Below are positions 10,074 to 19,885 of a DNA stretch of 64,000 nucleotides, piece by piece (the stretch's first letter is position 1; each line of letters opens with the position of its first letter). The DNA comes from Candidatus Woesearchaeota archaeon (GTDB lineage: Archaea; Nanobdellota; Nanobdellia; Woesearchaeales; WJKL01): contig JAHWIB010000001.1 of assembly GCA_019322815.1 (NCBI GenBank), positions 154 to 64,153 on the forward strand, given 5' to 3'. Both the position numbers and the translations under genes were made by a program. The notes beneath the pieces are model-generated. The model was not told the DNA's origin. It did no database searches and saw only the letters and a list, made by a program, of their open reading frames with translations.

Positions 10074-11346
10074 CCTTTGCCTTTTTTCCCAATTCTTCTT
10101 CTATCTCCATCAGTCTATTGTACTTTCCAACTCTTTCTCCTCTAGATGGTCCTACTTTTACAAATCCTGAATTTACAGCAACAGCTAAATCAATCATAGA
10201 AGTATCATTTGTTTCTCCGCCGCCCCTATGGCTTACAACAGTCATAAAACCATTCTCTCTTGCAAGCATGCATGTTTCAACTGTTTCTGTCAAAGTTCCT
10301 ATCTGGTTTAATTTGATTAATATTGCATTGATTGCTTTCAGATCTATTGCTTTCTGCAGCCTTTTTGGGTTTGTTACAGTCAAATCATCTCCAATAATTG
10401 GTATTTTTCCACCTAATCTCTTCATAATCTTTGGCCAGTTATCCCAATCATCTTCATGCAAAGGATCTTCTAAAGTAACAATTGGATATTTATCAACCCA
10501 CTTTTCAAAATAATCAATCATCTGCTCAGAATTCAATTTCTTTTTTTCTTTTTTTAGTTCATATTTTCCACTATTAAATATTTCAGAAGTTGCAGGATCT
10601 AATGAAATTCCAGCATCTTTTCCAGGCTTATAACCTGCTTTTTTTATTGCTTCCTGAATAAACTTTAAAGGGCTCTCATTTGTAGGCAGTCCTTCTGGAG
10701 CAAATGCTCCTTCATTTCCGACATTTACACTAAATCCTTTTTTCTTCAATACTTTCTTCAGAGTCAAATAAACTTCAATCCCGCATCTTACATTTTCTTT
10801 TACTGATTTGTTTCCTATCGGACTTATCATAAATTCCTGCAGATCAGTAGATTTATCAGCATGCTTTCCGCCTTCAATCACAACCATCATTGGATTTGGC
10901 AAAATATAATTTTTAATGCCTAATTTGAAAGTATTCCTTATATGTTTGTACAAAGGAATTCCTTTTTCATTTGCAGCAGCTCTTGCAGCAGCCAAAGATA
11001 CTCCAAGAATAGCATTTGCTCCTAATCTCTTTTTATTTTCAGTTCCATCAATTTTCTTCATTAAATTATCAATTTCTTTTTGTTTATTTGCATCTTTTCC
11101 AACAAGCTTTGGAGCAATTATCTTGTTTACATTATTAACAGCCTTCAGCATGCCTTTTCCCATAAATCTTTTTCCGCCATCTAGAAGAACAAAAGCCTCA
11201 TGAATACCAGCAGAAGCACCATAAGGAACAGATGCAACACCAACTGCACCAGATTTTAAAATGCATTTTACTTCAATTGAAGGGGTTGAACCTGAACTTA
11301 ATATTTCTCTTGCTCTTATCTGTTTTATTTGTGTTATTATATTCAC
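10045..11346 (-). CDS. eno: Enolase
   Basis: 433 aa. Conserved enolase segments are present (VSHRGGGETNDTSMIDLAVAV; KYNRLMEIEEELG). It is co-directional with gpmI. Confidence 0.9.
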   Translation of the reverse strand: MNIITQIKQIRAREILSSGSTPSIEVKCILKSGAVGVASVPYGASAGIHEAFVLLDGGKRFMGKGMLKAVNNVNKIIAPKLVGKDANKQKEIDNLMKKIDGTENKKRLGANAILGVSLAAARAAANEKGIPLYKHIRNTFKLGIKNYILPNPMMVVIEGGKHADKSTDLQEFMISPIGNKSVKENVRCGIEVYLTLKKVLKKKGFSVNVGNEGAFAPEGLPTNESPLKFIQEAIKKAGYKPGKDAGISLDPATSEIFNSGKYELKKEKKKLNSEQMIDYFEKWVDKYPIVTLEDPLHEDDWDNWPKIMKRLGGKIPIIGDDLTVTNPKRLQKAIDLKAINAILIKLNQIGTLTETVETCMLARENGFMTVVSHRGGGETNDTSMIDLAVAVNSGFVKVGPSRGERVGKYNRLMEIEEELGKKAKVAGKNFRHS

Positions 11347-12194
11347 CTTTTCTTCTTAGTTGCTTTCCTCTTGACAGTCTTTTTCTTCCTAACAGCTCGT
11401 TTCTTCTTGGCAGGTTTTCTTTTCTTAACTTTTTTCTTCCTAGTTCTCTTTTTCTTAGGTTTTCCTTTTCTATATTCTTTTACAACTTTTCTTATTAAAA
11501 ATCCTAATGAAATCATTAAAATTATAAACAAGACTATTGATAAAATAAATTCAAAAGTTATCATATCTATAATTCCAAATGTTTTTTCAGCCGGCATTTC
11601 GCATGTTACTTGTTCTTCTGGTTTTTCTTTTTCTGTATCACATTCATTTACATCTATACAAATTCTTGTTTGAATACTATTGATGCATTCACTCCATTCT
11701 TCACATTGCCAATTAGGCATGCATCCTCTTTCGATAGCAGCATAAGCTGCTTTGATTGTAATTAAATTTCTTATACTGACAGGAATATTGAAATATTTTT
11801 CATTAGGCCCTGGTTCAAAATAAGAAAGATCTGCGACTTTTACATCTTCAATATAAACTCCAACAACATCTCCTTCTTTATAACCTTCTTTCTCTATTGT
11901 TGATTCATCATCTACATTTAAATATAACTTTTCTTTGTATCCATATGAATTATTCTTAAGAGATGCAGTTAAAACTTCTATGCCGTTTAATCTAAAACTA
12001 ATTATTGTTCCATCTGGCAAAGCAGGCTCTATTGTTCCATATACCTGTATTGGGCTGTAAAATGCTCTTCCAATAATATTTTCTTGAGACACTTTTGCTA
12101 TATTAACAGCAAATACCAACACCGTTATAGCAAAAATTAATGTCAAAAGTAAACTTTTTACTTTATTAAATGGTATATCTTTTTTTTGTATCAT
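11343..12194 (-). CDS. Membrane-anchored secreted protein with a poly-Lys/Arg cytoplasmic tail; paralog of the adjacent gene
   Basis: N-terminal signal anchor, an extracellular domain with Cys motifs (CMPNWQCEEWSECINSIQTRICIDVNECD), a TM segment, and the C-terminal tail KKKRTRKKKVKKRKPAKKKRAVRKKKTVKRKATKKKR. The N-terminal domain (VYGxI...PDGxxIxF...GIE...YGY) is shared with 12191-13252. Confidence 0.5.
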   Translation of the reverse strand: MIQKKDIPFNKVKSLLLTLIFAITVLVFAVNIAKVSQENIIGRAFYSPIQVYGTIEPALPDGTIISFRLNGIEVLTASLKNNSYGYKEKLYLNVDDESTIEKEGYKEGDVVGVYIEDVKVADLSYFEPGPNEKYFNIPVSIRNLITIKAAYAAIERGCMPNWQCEEWSECINSIQTRICIDVNECDTEKEKPEEQVTCEMPAEKTFGIIDMITFEFILSIVLFIILMISLGFLIRKVVKEYRKGKPKKKRTRKKKVKKRKPAKKKRAVRKKKTVKRKATKKKR

Positions 12195-13252
12195 CTTATC
12201 ACCTTATTTATTAAATTTGAAGGCCATCCTTCATTCAGCAATGTTTGCCTGATTTGTTCTTTTGTATATCCTTGTTCTAATGTTTGTTTTACATAACTTT
12301 GCAGTCTCATAAATGATTGCTGATCTAATCCTCTTTGTGTTTTTTCCTGCTGTAATGAGCCATGGCTTCTTTTTATTTCATAAAAAACAAATCCAATTCC
12401 TCCTAAAATGCCTATTATAATTATTGTTATTAAAATACCTGTCCATGGAAAGCCTACTGGTGCAAGAGCTCCGACTTCCGGCTCAGGAGATGGTAAAGGT
12501 GCAGTTTCTGATGGAAGAGGTTCAGGGACTATTGGAGGAGTAATAACAGGGGAAGCAGGTGGTGCAAGCTGGCTTATTATTATCACACCATAATTTGCCT
12601 GAACACCTTCATATAAAATAGAGATATCATTTGTTCCATCATCATTTAAATCAACTTCACCTGTATCATTTACATTAAGATTCAATGTCAAAGGTGTTGA
12701 ATTGATTAATAGTTCAATAATTTGATATGATAATCTTGCAACCCTAATTGTATGTTCTACTCCATCAAAAGTTAAAAATATTTTATATCCACTTCTTACA
12801 TTGAATGATTGAGGTAATTCAGAAAAGCTTACAGTATAATTAATAGTTGGTATTACCATCCCTCCCCCCCTTCTAGGAATGATTTCTTCCTCTTCTTCAG
12901 GAGGAGCTGCTGGCATTGTAAGATCTATATTAACATTTCCTTCTTCCTGCAGTGTTATTGTACTGACAAAAACATCATCAACAAAAACATCTACACTATC
13001 TCCTGCTTCAGCATCCAGGAATATAACAGGATCATAACCATACTTGCCATTTTGCACTGTTCCAGAGCCAGCTTCAATCCCATCTCTTTCAAAAACAATG
13101 CTTGAACCGTCTGGTGCATCTATGTTTCCATAGATCTGCACAGTAGGTATTGCTGGCTGAGCATAAGCAAAACTAATACAAAATACAAAAATAAAAAAAT
13201 AAATTATCTTTTTCATGGTACAATAGCTCCTTCTTGGATCATATAGACCCAA
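12191..13252 (-). CDS. Membrane-anchored secreted protein with a Pro-rich linker; paralog of 11343-12194
   Basis: Signal peptide, the shared N-terminal domain (VQIYGNIDAPDGSSIVFERDGIE...KYGYD), a Pro-rich stalk, a TM segment and a short cytoplasmic domain. Confidence 0.5.
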   Translation of the reverse strand: MGLYDPRRSYCTMKKIIYFFIFVFCISFAYAQPAIPTVQIYGNIDAPDGSSIVFERDGIEAGSGTVQNGKYGYDPVIFLDAEAGDSVDVFVDDVFVSTITLQEEGNVNIDLTMPAAPPEEEEEIIPRRGGGMVIPTINYTVSFSELPQSFNVRSGYKIFLTFDGVEHTIRVARLSYQIIELLINSTPLTLNLNVNDTGEVDLNDDGTNDISILYEGVQANYGVIIISQLAPPASPVITPPIVPEPLPSETAPLPSPEPEVGALAPVGFPWTGILITIIIIGILGGIGFVFYEIKRSHGSLQQEKTQRGLDQQSFMRLQSYVKQTLEQGYTKEQIRQTLLNEGWPSNLINKVIR

Positions 13253-16200
13253 TATCCTTTACCAGCTTCTAATACTGGATTTGCTGTTGATACTGCCGGG
13301 TCTGCTTTGCTGAATAATTTCACTAATTCTCCGCTTGTTTTATTATAGCTCCATAATGCAGAATATACATCTTCAATACTGGCAAGCGCAGTTGTCATCT
13401 CCCTGTCTTCTAATGAATATATTCCAACCAGATTCCATCCCTGCTTTAATGCAAATGATGGAGGAGGTTCTAATTCTGTTGTTTCAAACAGCACTCCTTC
13501 AACAGCCAGTTCAGCAGAATCATTCATCTTAAACCAATATCCTTTTCCCAATTCAATTGTATCTAAATTACTTGGTATTGCTGGATCAGGATGCCATACA
13601 CTCCATTCTTCCTCTGGATCATATGCATAAACATCAATCACATCATCACTAATATCTGCCAACACATCTTCAATATTGTCATTTTCTAACACTAGTGGTA
13701 TTGAGATTAAGTTCCATCCTGGTTCTAGCTGGATAGTAATTTGTTCAAGTTCTACATATGCTTCTCTAGCTAAATTTTGAGGGGTTAAAGCATGAATTGA
13801 AGGAATAAATGATCCGCATGATGCTCCATCCCATTCACAACCGTAATATGTTGATCCATCATCTGCAACAAATAAAATTACCCAGTCATTTAAAGCTCCT
13901 CCTGGTATAGCAGGTAAATATACCTTTTTCTCCTGATTACCATCATATGTTATATTTATCATTTGTTCAGTGGCAGATGCTCCGCTATTATCAATTTCAA
14001 TAGTTATTGGTTTATTTGCCGGAATAAAATTGTTATTGTCTATCCATCTTCCTTGGTTAAAATCAGGATTTATATAACCTAAAATGTTATGCAGATGAGC
14101 ATCTCCATCTTCTTCGTATGATATACTAAATTGCACTTGTAGATCATGTGGGGTTACATCTTCTATATCTCCTAATATGAGAGGTTCAATTTCATATTCT
14201 GTGAAACAAACACCACCCATACATTGTCCATCACATGTATGCAACTCACTTACACATTGATTATTTTGATCACAATACATTTCAAGAAGTTCTCCAGAAT
14301 TCTCACAAAAATCTTTGATTCCTGATGGATAATTAGAGTCAATACACTCTCCTACAACTGTATAATTAATTCCACCATCACTGTCAGTACAGACAACTTC
14401 TTCAGCAACAGCACAAGGACCTTCTGTCACACTAATATCATCTAACTCCAAACTATCTCCTTCTACACAAACCTCATCTCCAGTTAAATTAAAATCTTCA
14501 TAATTAGCCAGCACTAATGCAGCTCTTCTTGTATCTTCAACAGTAGTTCCTGCAGCAACTAAAGCAAGATTATCTCCATTTTGGAATAATTTGATCATAG
14601 CCTGCCCTTCTGAATAATTCCAACCTTCACAGCTGGTAAAATTATCAACAACAGAATTATTGCAAGGATTACCTACTGCAATCACATTTTGCTGGTCAAC
14701 AGTTCCTATTATATCAGATGCTAATACAGCAAGCCCTGTTAGTATAAAAGAACCTGTTGGAATTTCAGCTGATTCTGTATTATAAATATCCTCAACCTCT
14801 GCTTCTGATAAAACATATCTATAGATTTTTACTTCATCTAAATTACCTTTGAAAAAAGAAGAATCATCTATATCTTTTCCAATTGTTATTGCTATATTTG
14901 AAGGAGAATAAACTATAGGACTGGTGCTTTCACTATCCTCAAGCACACCATCAACATAAACTTTAGCTGTACTTCCATCACTAGAAACAGTTATATGATG
15001 CCAATTTCCATCTGCTACAGTGCTTTCAGAATATCGACTTGTCTCATCTGTATTATGGCCTAACCACCAGTAAATACTACTAATGCTAGTTGAAGCAATC
15101 CAATATCCATAACTATCTTCATAATTACTTAAAATAGGCCCATAATCTGCTGAATCTTGCTTAACCCATAATGAAATAGTTATTTCATCAGGCTCTAAAT
15201 CTTGATTGTAGGGAATATTAATATAATCTTCTTCTCCATCAAACTCCAAAGCAGAGTCGCTTACACCATCTACCCAAACAGCGCTGCCAACAATTTCTCC
15301 ATCATAATCACCAGCTGAATCAGCTGCTGATGTTCCGCTTCCTTCATCAAACTTCCATTCTGCCAATAAACCAGATACACAAATATTTGATTCACAAACC
15401 TCACCAATATCACAATCATCATTTGTAAAACATTCAATTAAAGCTGATTCTGTGTTGTAAATTTCCTCAATCTCTGCTGCTGATAAATCATAACTATAGA
15501 TTTTTACTTCATCAATTGTTCCATTAAATTCTTCAGCAGTAGAACCCTCATAAACATCTGCGCCTATGATATCCGCACCTGCTGGATAACAACTGCCGCT
15601 TTTTACTTCTGCACCATCAACATATATTTTTCCATTAGTTCCATTGCAGCTAGTTACAACAAGATGCCAATTGTTATCTATAACATTATCTGCAATAATT
15701 CCAGATTCATATATATTTGGTTTTCCATCATCAAATATTAAAGGGTAACTTTCAAAGTCGCCAGGATAATCATATCTTGGTGTTGTTATAATATCTTCCC
15801 AAGCATTCCAATCGCCTTTATGTTTTACCCAAGCAGACATAGTCCATTTATTAAGATTTGGAAGAGAAGATAGTGATATATAATCATCTACTCCATCAAA
15901 TTCCAGAGCAGAGCCGCTTACACCTGCTGTTGTCCAAACAGGACCAATAATCTCTCCATCATAATCACCAGCTGAATCAGCTGCTGATGTTCCGCTTCCC
16001 TCATCAAACTTCCATTCTGCTAATAAATTAGGTTCTAATCCAACAGATAATTCTGTATTATAAATCTCTTCAATCTCTGCTTCTGATAAAGCATATCTGT
16101 AGATTTTTACTTCATCTATTACACCGTTGAAAGGAAGAGTTCCTCCTGTTCTTGAGCCAATTAGAGCATTAGCAGAATCATCAACATCACATGTATCTCC

Positions 16201-17640
16201 ACATGAAAAATCAAAACTATTATCAGCAACACCATTTAAATAAACTACTCCTGTTGTACCATTGTATGTTGCACCAACATGATTCCAAATACCATTAGTT
16301 GGAGGATTATTTGACGTCAAAGATGAACCACCATTAATACTAAATGTCAATTTATAATCCTCATAAGAATTAAGTGAAAATTCATACCTATCAGTATTAC
16401 TATTATACTTACTAAAAATCGTAGGAAGAGTTCCAGTAAGATTAGGCTTAATCCATGCTAAAATTGTGATTTCAGTTTCAAGATCTAAACTTCCATCTGT
16501 TGGATCTCCTAAATCAACATAATCATCTGATCCATCAAACTCCAAAGCAGAGCCGTTTACACCATACATCCAACTAGCACCAAGAATCTCTCCATCATTA
16601 TCACCAGCTGAATCAGCTGCCAATGTTCCGCTTCCTTCATCAAACTTCCATTCTGCCAATAAACCAGATACACAAATATTTCCATCACAATATTCACCAG
16701 TATCACAATCTTCATTTGTAAAACATTCTAATCCAGCTGATTCTGTATTATAGATCTCTTCAACCTCTGCTTCTGATAAAGCATAGCTGTAGATTTTTAT
16801 TTCATCTAATGTGCCATTGAATTCTTCGTAAGTATCACCATCACGAATATCTACACCTATAAAATCCGCACTTGTTGGATAACAGCTGCCGCTCTTTACT
16901 TCTACTCCATCTACATATACTGTTCCGTTAGTTCCATTGCAGCTAGTTGCAATAAGATGCCAACTGTTATCTATAGCATTATCTGCAGTAACTCCAGAAT
17001 CATACATATCTGGCTTTCCATCATCAAATATTAAAGGATAATTTTCAAAATCAACAGGATCATCATATCTTGGTGTTGTTATAATATCTTCATAACCACC
17101 CCAAGTACCTTTATGTTTTACCCATGCTAGCATAGTCCATTCATTAAGATCTTGAAGAGAAGAAGAGATATTTATATAATCATCTACTCCATCAAACTCT
17201 AAAGCAGAACCGCTTACACCACTTATCCAAGTAGGACCAACAATTTCTCCATCATAATCACCAGCTGAGTCATATGCAATTGTTCCGCTTTCTTCATCAA
17301 ACTTCCATTCTGCTACTAAATTTTGTGTAGGAATAATCTCAGCCATTAAACTGTCATTAATGATATCAGCACTTTCAAGATCTTCATTAGGAGCATCATC
17401 TCCGACAACAATCTCAGTATTTAATTGATTATCTTCTATAAATGGGAAAGGGTAGTCGCTTAAATCAACTGTCGTATCTCCATAATTATATGCTTTTCCA
17501 ACTGTCCCTAATCTCGTTGTTTTTATTAAGCTGATAACTAGTATTGTGATCAATGCGATAAACATGACTGTTAAAGCAAGACTTTTCACCTCTTGTGGTA
17601 TTTTTTTAGATGTTTTTTTCCTTTTTCCCATTTTATTCAC
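13213..17640 (-). CDS. Giant surface protein (1475 aa) with at least five LamG/ConA-like lectin repeats, Cys-knot spacers and an S-layer-family C-type segment
   Basis: N-terminal signal anchor. The repeated module LAEWKFDEGSGT..DSAGDYDGEI...GSALEFDG.DDYI...NWHH....GT..YVDG....IDEVKIYxYALSEAEIEEIYNTE is LamG_3-like and is separated by C-rich spacers (ECFTNEDCDTGEYCDGNICVSG). A segment matches the C-domain of the S-layer-family proteins at 24391 and 26174. Two C-terminal repeats of about 85 aa follow (GWNLISIP...GKGYW). The repeats are visible at the DNA level with a period of about 660 bp. Confidence 0.7.
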   Translation of the reverse strand: MNKMGKRKKTSKKIPQEVKSLALTVMFIALITILVISLIKTTRLGTVGKAYNYGDTTVDLSDYPFPFIEDNQLNTEIVVGDDAPNEDLESADIINDSLMAEIIPTQNLVAEWKFDEESGTIAYDSAGDYDGEIVGPTWISGVSGSALEFDGVDDYINISSSLQDLNEWTMLAWVKHKGTWGGYEDIITTPRYDDPVDFENYPLIFDDGKPDMYDSGVTADNAIDNSWHLIATSCNGTNGTVYVDGVEVKSGSCYPTSADFIGVDIRDGDTYEEFNGTLDEIKIYSYALSEAEVEEIYNTESAGLECFTNEDCDTGEYCDGNICVSGLLAEWKFDEGSGTLAADSAGDNDGEILGASWMYGVNGSALEFDGSDDYVDLGDPTDGSLDLETEITILAWIKPNLTGTLPTIFSKYNSNTDRYEFSLNSYEDYKLTFSINGGSSLTSNNPPTNGIWNHVGATYNGTTGVVYLNGVADNSFDFSCGDTCDVDDSANALIGSRTGGTLPFNGVIDEVKIYRYALSEAEIEEIYNTELSVGLEPNLLAEWKFDEGSGTSAADSAGDYDGEIIGPVWTTAGVSGSALEFDGVDDYISLSSLPNLNKWTMSAWVKHKGDWNAWEDIITTPRYDYPGDFESYPLIFDDGKPNIYESGIIADNVIDNNWHLVVTSCNGTNGKIYVDGAEVKSGSCYPAGADIIGADVYEGSTAEEFNGTIDEVKIYSYDLSAAEIEEIYNTESALIECFTNDDCDIGEVCESNICVSGLLAEWKFDEGSGTSAADSAGDYDGEIVGSAVWVDGVSDSALEFDGEEDYINIPYNQDLEPDEITISLWVKQDSADYGPILSNYEDSYGYWIASTSISSIYWWLGHNTDETSRYSESTVADGNWHHITVSSDGSTAKVYVDGVLEDSESTSPIVYSPSNIAITIGKDIDDSSFFKGNLDEVKIYRYVLSEAEVEDIYNTESAEIPTGSFILTGLAVLASDIIGTVDQQNVIAVGNPCNNSVVDNFTSCEGWNYSEGQAMIKLFQNGDNLALVAAGTTVEDTRRAALVLANYEDFNLTGDEVCVEGDSLELDDISVTEGPCAVAEEVVCTDSDGGINYTVVGECIDSNYPSGIKDFCENSGELLEMYCDQNNQCVSELHTCDGQCMGGVCFTEYEIEPLILGDIEDVTPHDLQVQFSISYEEDGDAHLHNILGYINPDFNQGRWIDNNNFIPANKPITIEIDNSGASATEQMINITYDGNQEKKVYLPAIPGGALNDWVILFVADDGSTYYGCEWDGASCGSFIPSIHALTPQNLAREAYVELEQITIQLEPGWNLISIPLVLENDNIEDVLADISDDVIDVYAYDPEEEWSVWHPDPAIPSNLDTIELGKGYWFKMNDSAELAVEGVLFETTELEPPPSFALKQGWNLVGIYSLEDREMTTALASIEDVYSALWSYNKTSGELVKLFSKADPAVSTANPVLEAGKGYWVYMIQEGAIVP

Positions 17641-17824
17641 CTTTTAAATTCTTTTTTATTGATTTTAATGGAGGTGCTTCTACTTTCTTCAGATAAATCC
17701 CATCTTCTAGTTCATAAACAAAGAAAGCAGCTCCCTCTTCTAAATTAAGTTTTTTCCTTATAGATTTAGGTATTACTATCTGGCCTCTTTTATCACTTTG
17801 CACTATTTTTACTGTTTTTTTCAT
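17633..17824 (-). CDS. AbrB/SpoVT-family (swapped-hairpin) DNA-binding protein
   Basis: 63 aa. The motif VKIVQSDKRGQIVIPKSIRKKLNLEEGAAFFV is typical of the AbrB/MazE fold. It overlaps the start of the giant surface-protein gene by 8 nt, which suggests co-transcription. Confidence 0.5.
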   Translation of the reverse strand: MKKTVKIVQSDKRGQIVIPKSIRKKLNLEEGAAFFVYELEDGIYLKKVEAPPLKSIKKNLKGE

Positions 17825-17950
17825 GTTTTAAGTATACAAAAAGCACAACTAGTATATAAAGATTTCTGAAAATAAGAATAAACTAAATAACTAAATTATA
17901 GATTTTCAAATTTATATATTTTCTAAAAATCCAATAATCAGTAATTCTGA

Positions 17951-18835
17951 TTAAACTCCAAAGAATCTGACAATATAACCAGTTATATTAGTCTCAATGT
18001 AAACAGCAATAACCAAAACAACAACAGCAATAACAAACATCATCAATCCATCTTCTATTATCTGTGTAAATCTTTTTGAAAACAGCTTCTCCCTTAAGAC
18101 TGATTTGCTGACAATGCCACCAGAAATAGCTGCAATAAAATAAGCGCTTGCCTCTAATATCATATGGGGAAATACAGCTAATAATGTTAATGCAAAATAA
18201 AGAAAAGGATTCTGGCCAGTTACAGCAGCGCTTTGTTTTGCAACAATAGCAAAAACAGTTCCCCAGACAGAAGCATTCCAAGTTATGATAAAAACAGCTC
18301 CGCTTCCATAAATAAAAGAAGCTATCAGGCAAAATATAAGGACTTTGAGGTTATTAAGAAACAAAGAACTGAACACATTTTTTATTGTATATGCTTCTCC
18401 TGTCAATCCTAAAATATTAACCTGCTCTGAAAATATCCTGCTTGTAACAATTGAAGGAAGGATCAAAGAAAATATAGAAAATGTCACTAATATTCCAAGG
18501 AATAAAAACAAATAAACCTTAAATATATCATTATGGTCTTTAAACAATTCAATAATGTCAAATTTTCTTTCTCTTGCAGCCTGGTTTTCCTCTATTAACA
18601 ATAATTTATTCAAAGAAGGAAGTATCAATAAAGAGGTAAATGCAATCGAGGCTAATCCAGGATTTTCAGGAAACAGCAGTAATGCAGAACCAATGCCAAT
18701 AGCAGAATAAATTAATCCAATAAAAAATGCAAATCTGGATTTCTTTTCTATCCAATTAGCTGAATATATCTGTTCTAACACCATCTTTTTGTAAAACAAA
18801 TAGAAATTAGATATATAAACCTTTCTAAGAATCAA
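17951..18835 (-). CDS. Polytopic integral membrane protein (294 aa), function unknown
   Basis: Six to seven hydrophobic helices. No catalytic motifs were found. Confidence 0.4.
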   Translation of the reverse strand: MILRKVYISNFYLFYKKMVLEQIYSANWIEKKSRFAFFIGLIYSAIGIGSALLLFPENPGLASIAFTSLLILPSLNKLLLIEENQAARERKFDIIELFKDHNDIFKVYLFLFLGILVTFSIFSLILPSIVTSRIFSEQVNILGLTGEAYTIKNVFSSLFLNNLKVLIFCLIASFIYGSGAVFIITWNASVWGTVFAIVAKQSAAVTGQNPFLYFALTLLAVFPHMILEASAYFIAAISGGIVSKSVLREKLFSKRFTQIIEDGLMMFVIAVVVLVIAVYIETNITGYIVRFFGV

Positions 18836-18926
18836 CTTAGTTGTGTGGAAGCTATATCTTCGTCGGGGCGGGACATAAGTATAGTTGTGTATTATTGGGG
18901 AGGAATTAAAATTCGCTACGCGAATT

Positions 18927-19721
18927 TTAACCTATATAGCTTATCTCTTTCTTCAATTTGCCTTTAACCTTCTTCAATGCAGTCTGCCTGGAAACTTCAC
19001 TCAATTCTTCTGTTCTCTTTATCATCTCGCTCTCTATATCTTTGATTTCTTTATCCATATCTTTTATATTGATCTTTAAATTTAATTTTTTATTCAGCAC
19101 TTTAAGGGTCTCTCTTGCTCCTTTGACTCCTAGATACATTGGATGCCCGAATGTTTCTGCTAAAAAAGCAATAGCAGGAATCTTTCTTTTTTCAGCTAAT
19201 CCTAATAATATTCCAGAAACACCAACAATAGGCCCTACAATGCCGTGCAGTTTTTCATTAACATCTGTTCCTTTCTTATATTTGCTGACTATTTTTTTGG
19301 AATTTCCAGTGCAGTAAATCTTTGGTTTTTTAGGAACAGTCTGCAGGCCAACTCCTCCCAGAGTAATTATCTCTTTTCCTTTGAAACTATCAACTATATC
19401 CAGGATTTTCTCGCAAAATTCATAGCAGCTGACCTCGTCGATTGGCTGGACATCTCCTGCTAATAACAATAGATCATTTCCTTTAACCTTTTTATAATAA
19501 ATTTCAATAGAAGGCAGTTCAACTAAGTTTTTTTCATTTACAAAAACAGAATGTGGAAATGTGTAAGAAAATAATTCATATATTTTCTCAGCTTTTAATG
19601 CATCTATTATAAAATCAACAGCAACCTTGCCTACATTTCCTATGCCTGGCAGGCCTTCTATTAATACAACATTGGTTAATTTAGGTTTTTTTCCAATCTG
19701 TTTTATTTTCCAGCCGTTCAT
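18927..19721 (-). CDS. PAC2-family proteasome assembly chaperone
   Basis: 264 aa. The PAC2 signature LIEGLPGIGNVGKVAVDFII is present and the size is typical. The gene is translationally coupled to Nop10 (ATGA overlap). Confidence 0.65.
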   Translation of the reverse strand: MNGWKIKQIGKKPKLTNVVLIEGLPGIGNVGKVAVDFIIDALKAEKIYELFSYTFPHSVFVNEKNLVELPSIEIYYKKVKGNDLLLLAGDVQPIDEVSCYEFCEKILDIVDSFKGKEIITLGGVGLQTVPKKPKIYCTGNSKKIVSKYKKGTDVNEKLHGIVGPIVGVSGILLGLAEKRKIPAIAFLAETFGHPMYLGVKGARETLKVLNKKLNLKINIKDMDKEIKDIESEMIKRTEELSEVSRQTALKKVKGKLKKEISYIG

Positions 19722-19885
19722 AATAAACCCCTCTTTTCAAGTTCAGCTTTTCTTGCCTTTCTCCTGTATCCTCCATATTTATCATCAACACTATATTTAG
19801 CAGGCTTTGGATTGATTGTTTTAACACAGCATTTTTCTTTCATTGTATATGCATTGCATTTAGGGCATCTCATTATATGCTTCAT
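19718..19885 (-). CDS. nop10: H/ACA ribonucleoprotein subunit Nop10
   Basis: The 55-aa ORF was missed by the ORF track. It reads MKHIMRCPKCNAYTMKEKCCVKTINPKPAKYSVDDKYGGYRRKARKAELEKRGL, with a zinc ribbon followed by a KYxxYRxK tail. It sits in the conserved aIF2alpha-Nop10 gene pair, with ATGA overlaps on both sides. Confidence 0.7.
   Translation of the reverse strand: MKHIMRCPKCNAYTMKEKCCVKTINPKPAKYSVDDKYGGYRRKARKAELEKRGLL

Noticed and set aside
10118-11673. Plus-strand ORFs 10118-10513, 10916-11203, 11232-11498 and 11329-11673
   Set aside because: They are antisense to enolase and to the basic-tail membrane protein gene. Their low-complexity Leu/Phe-rich translations are typical of AT-rich antisense frames.
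13213-17640. Internal DNA repeats of the giant gene as a mobile element or CRISPR-like array
   Set aside because: The repeats are in-frame protein-domain (LamG) duplications with a period of about 660 bp. They have no spacer structure and no transposase or TIR features.
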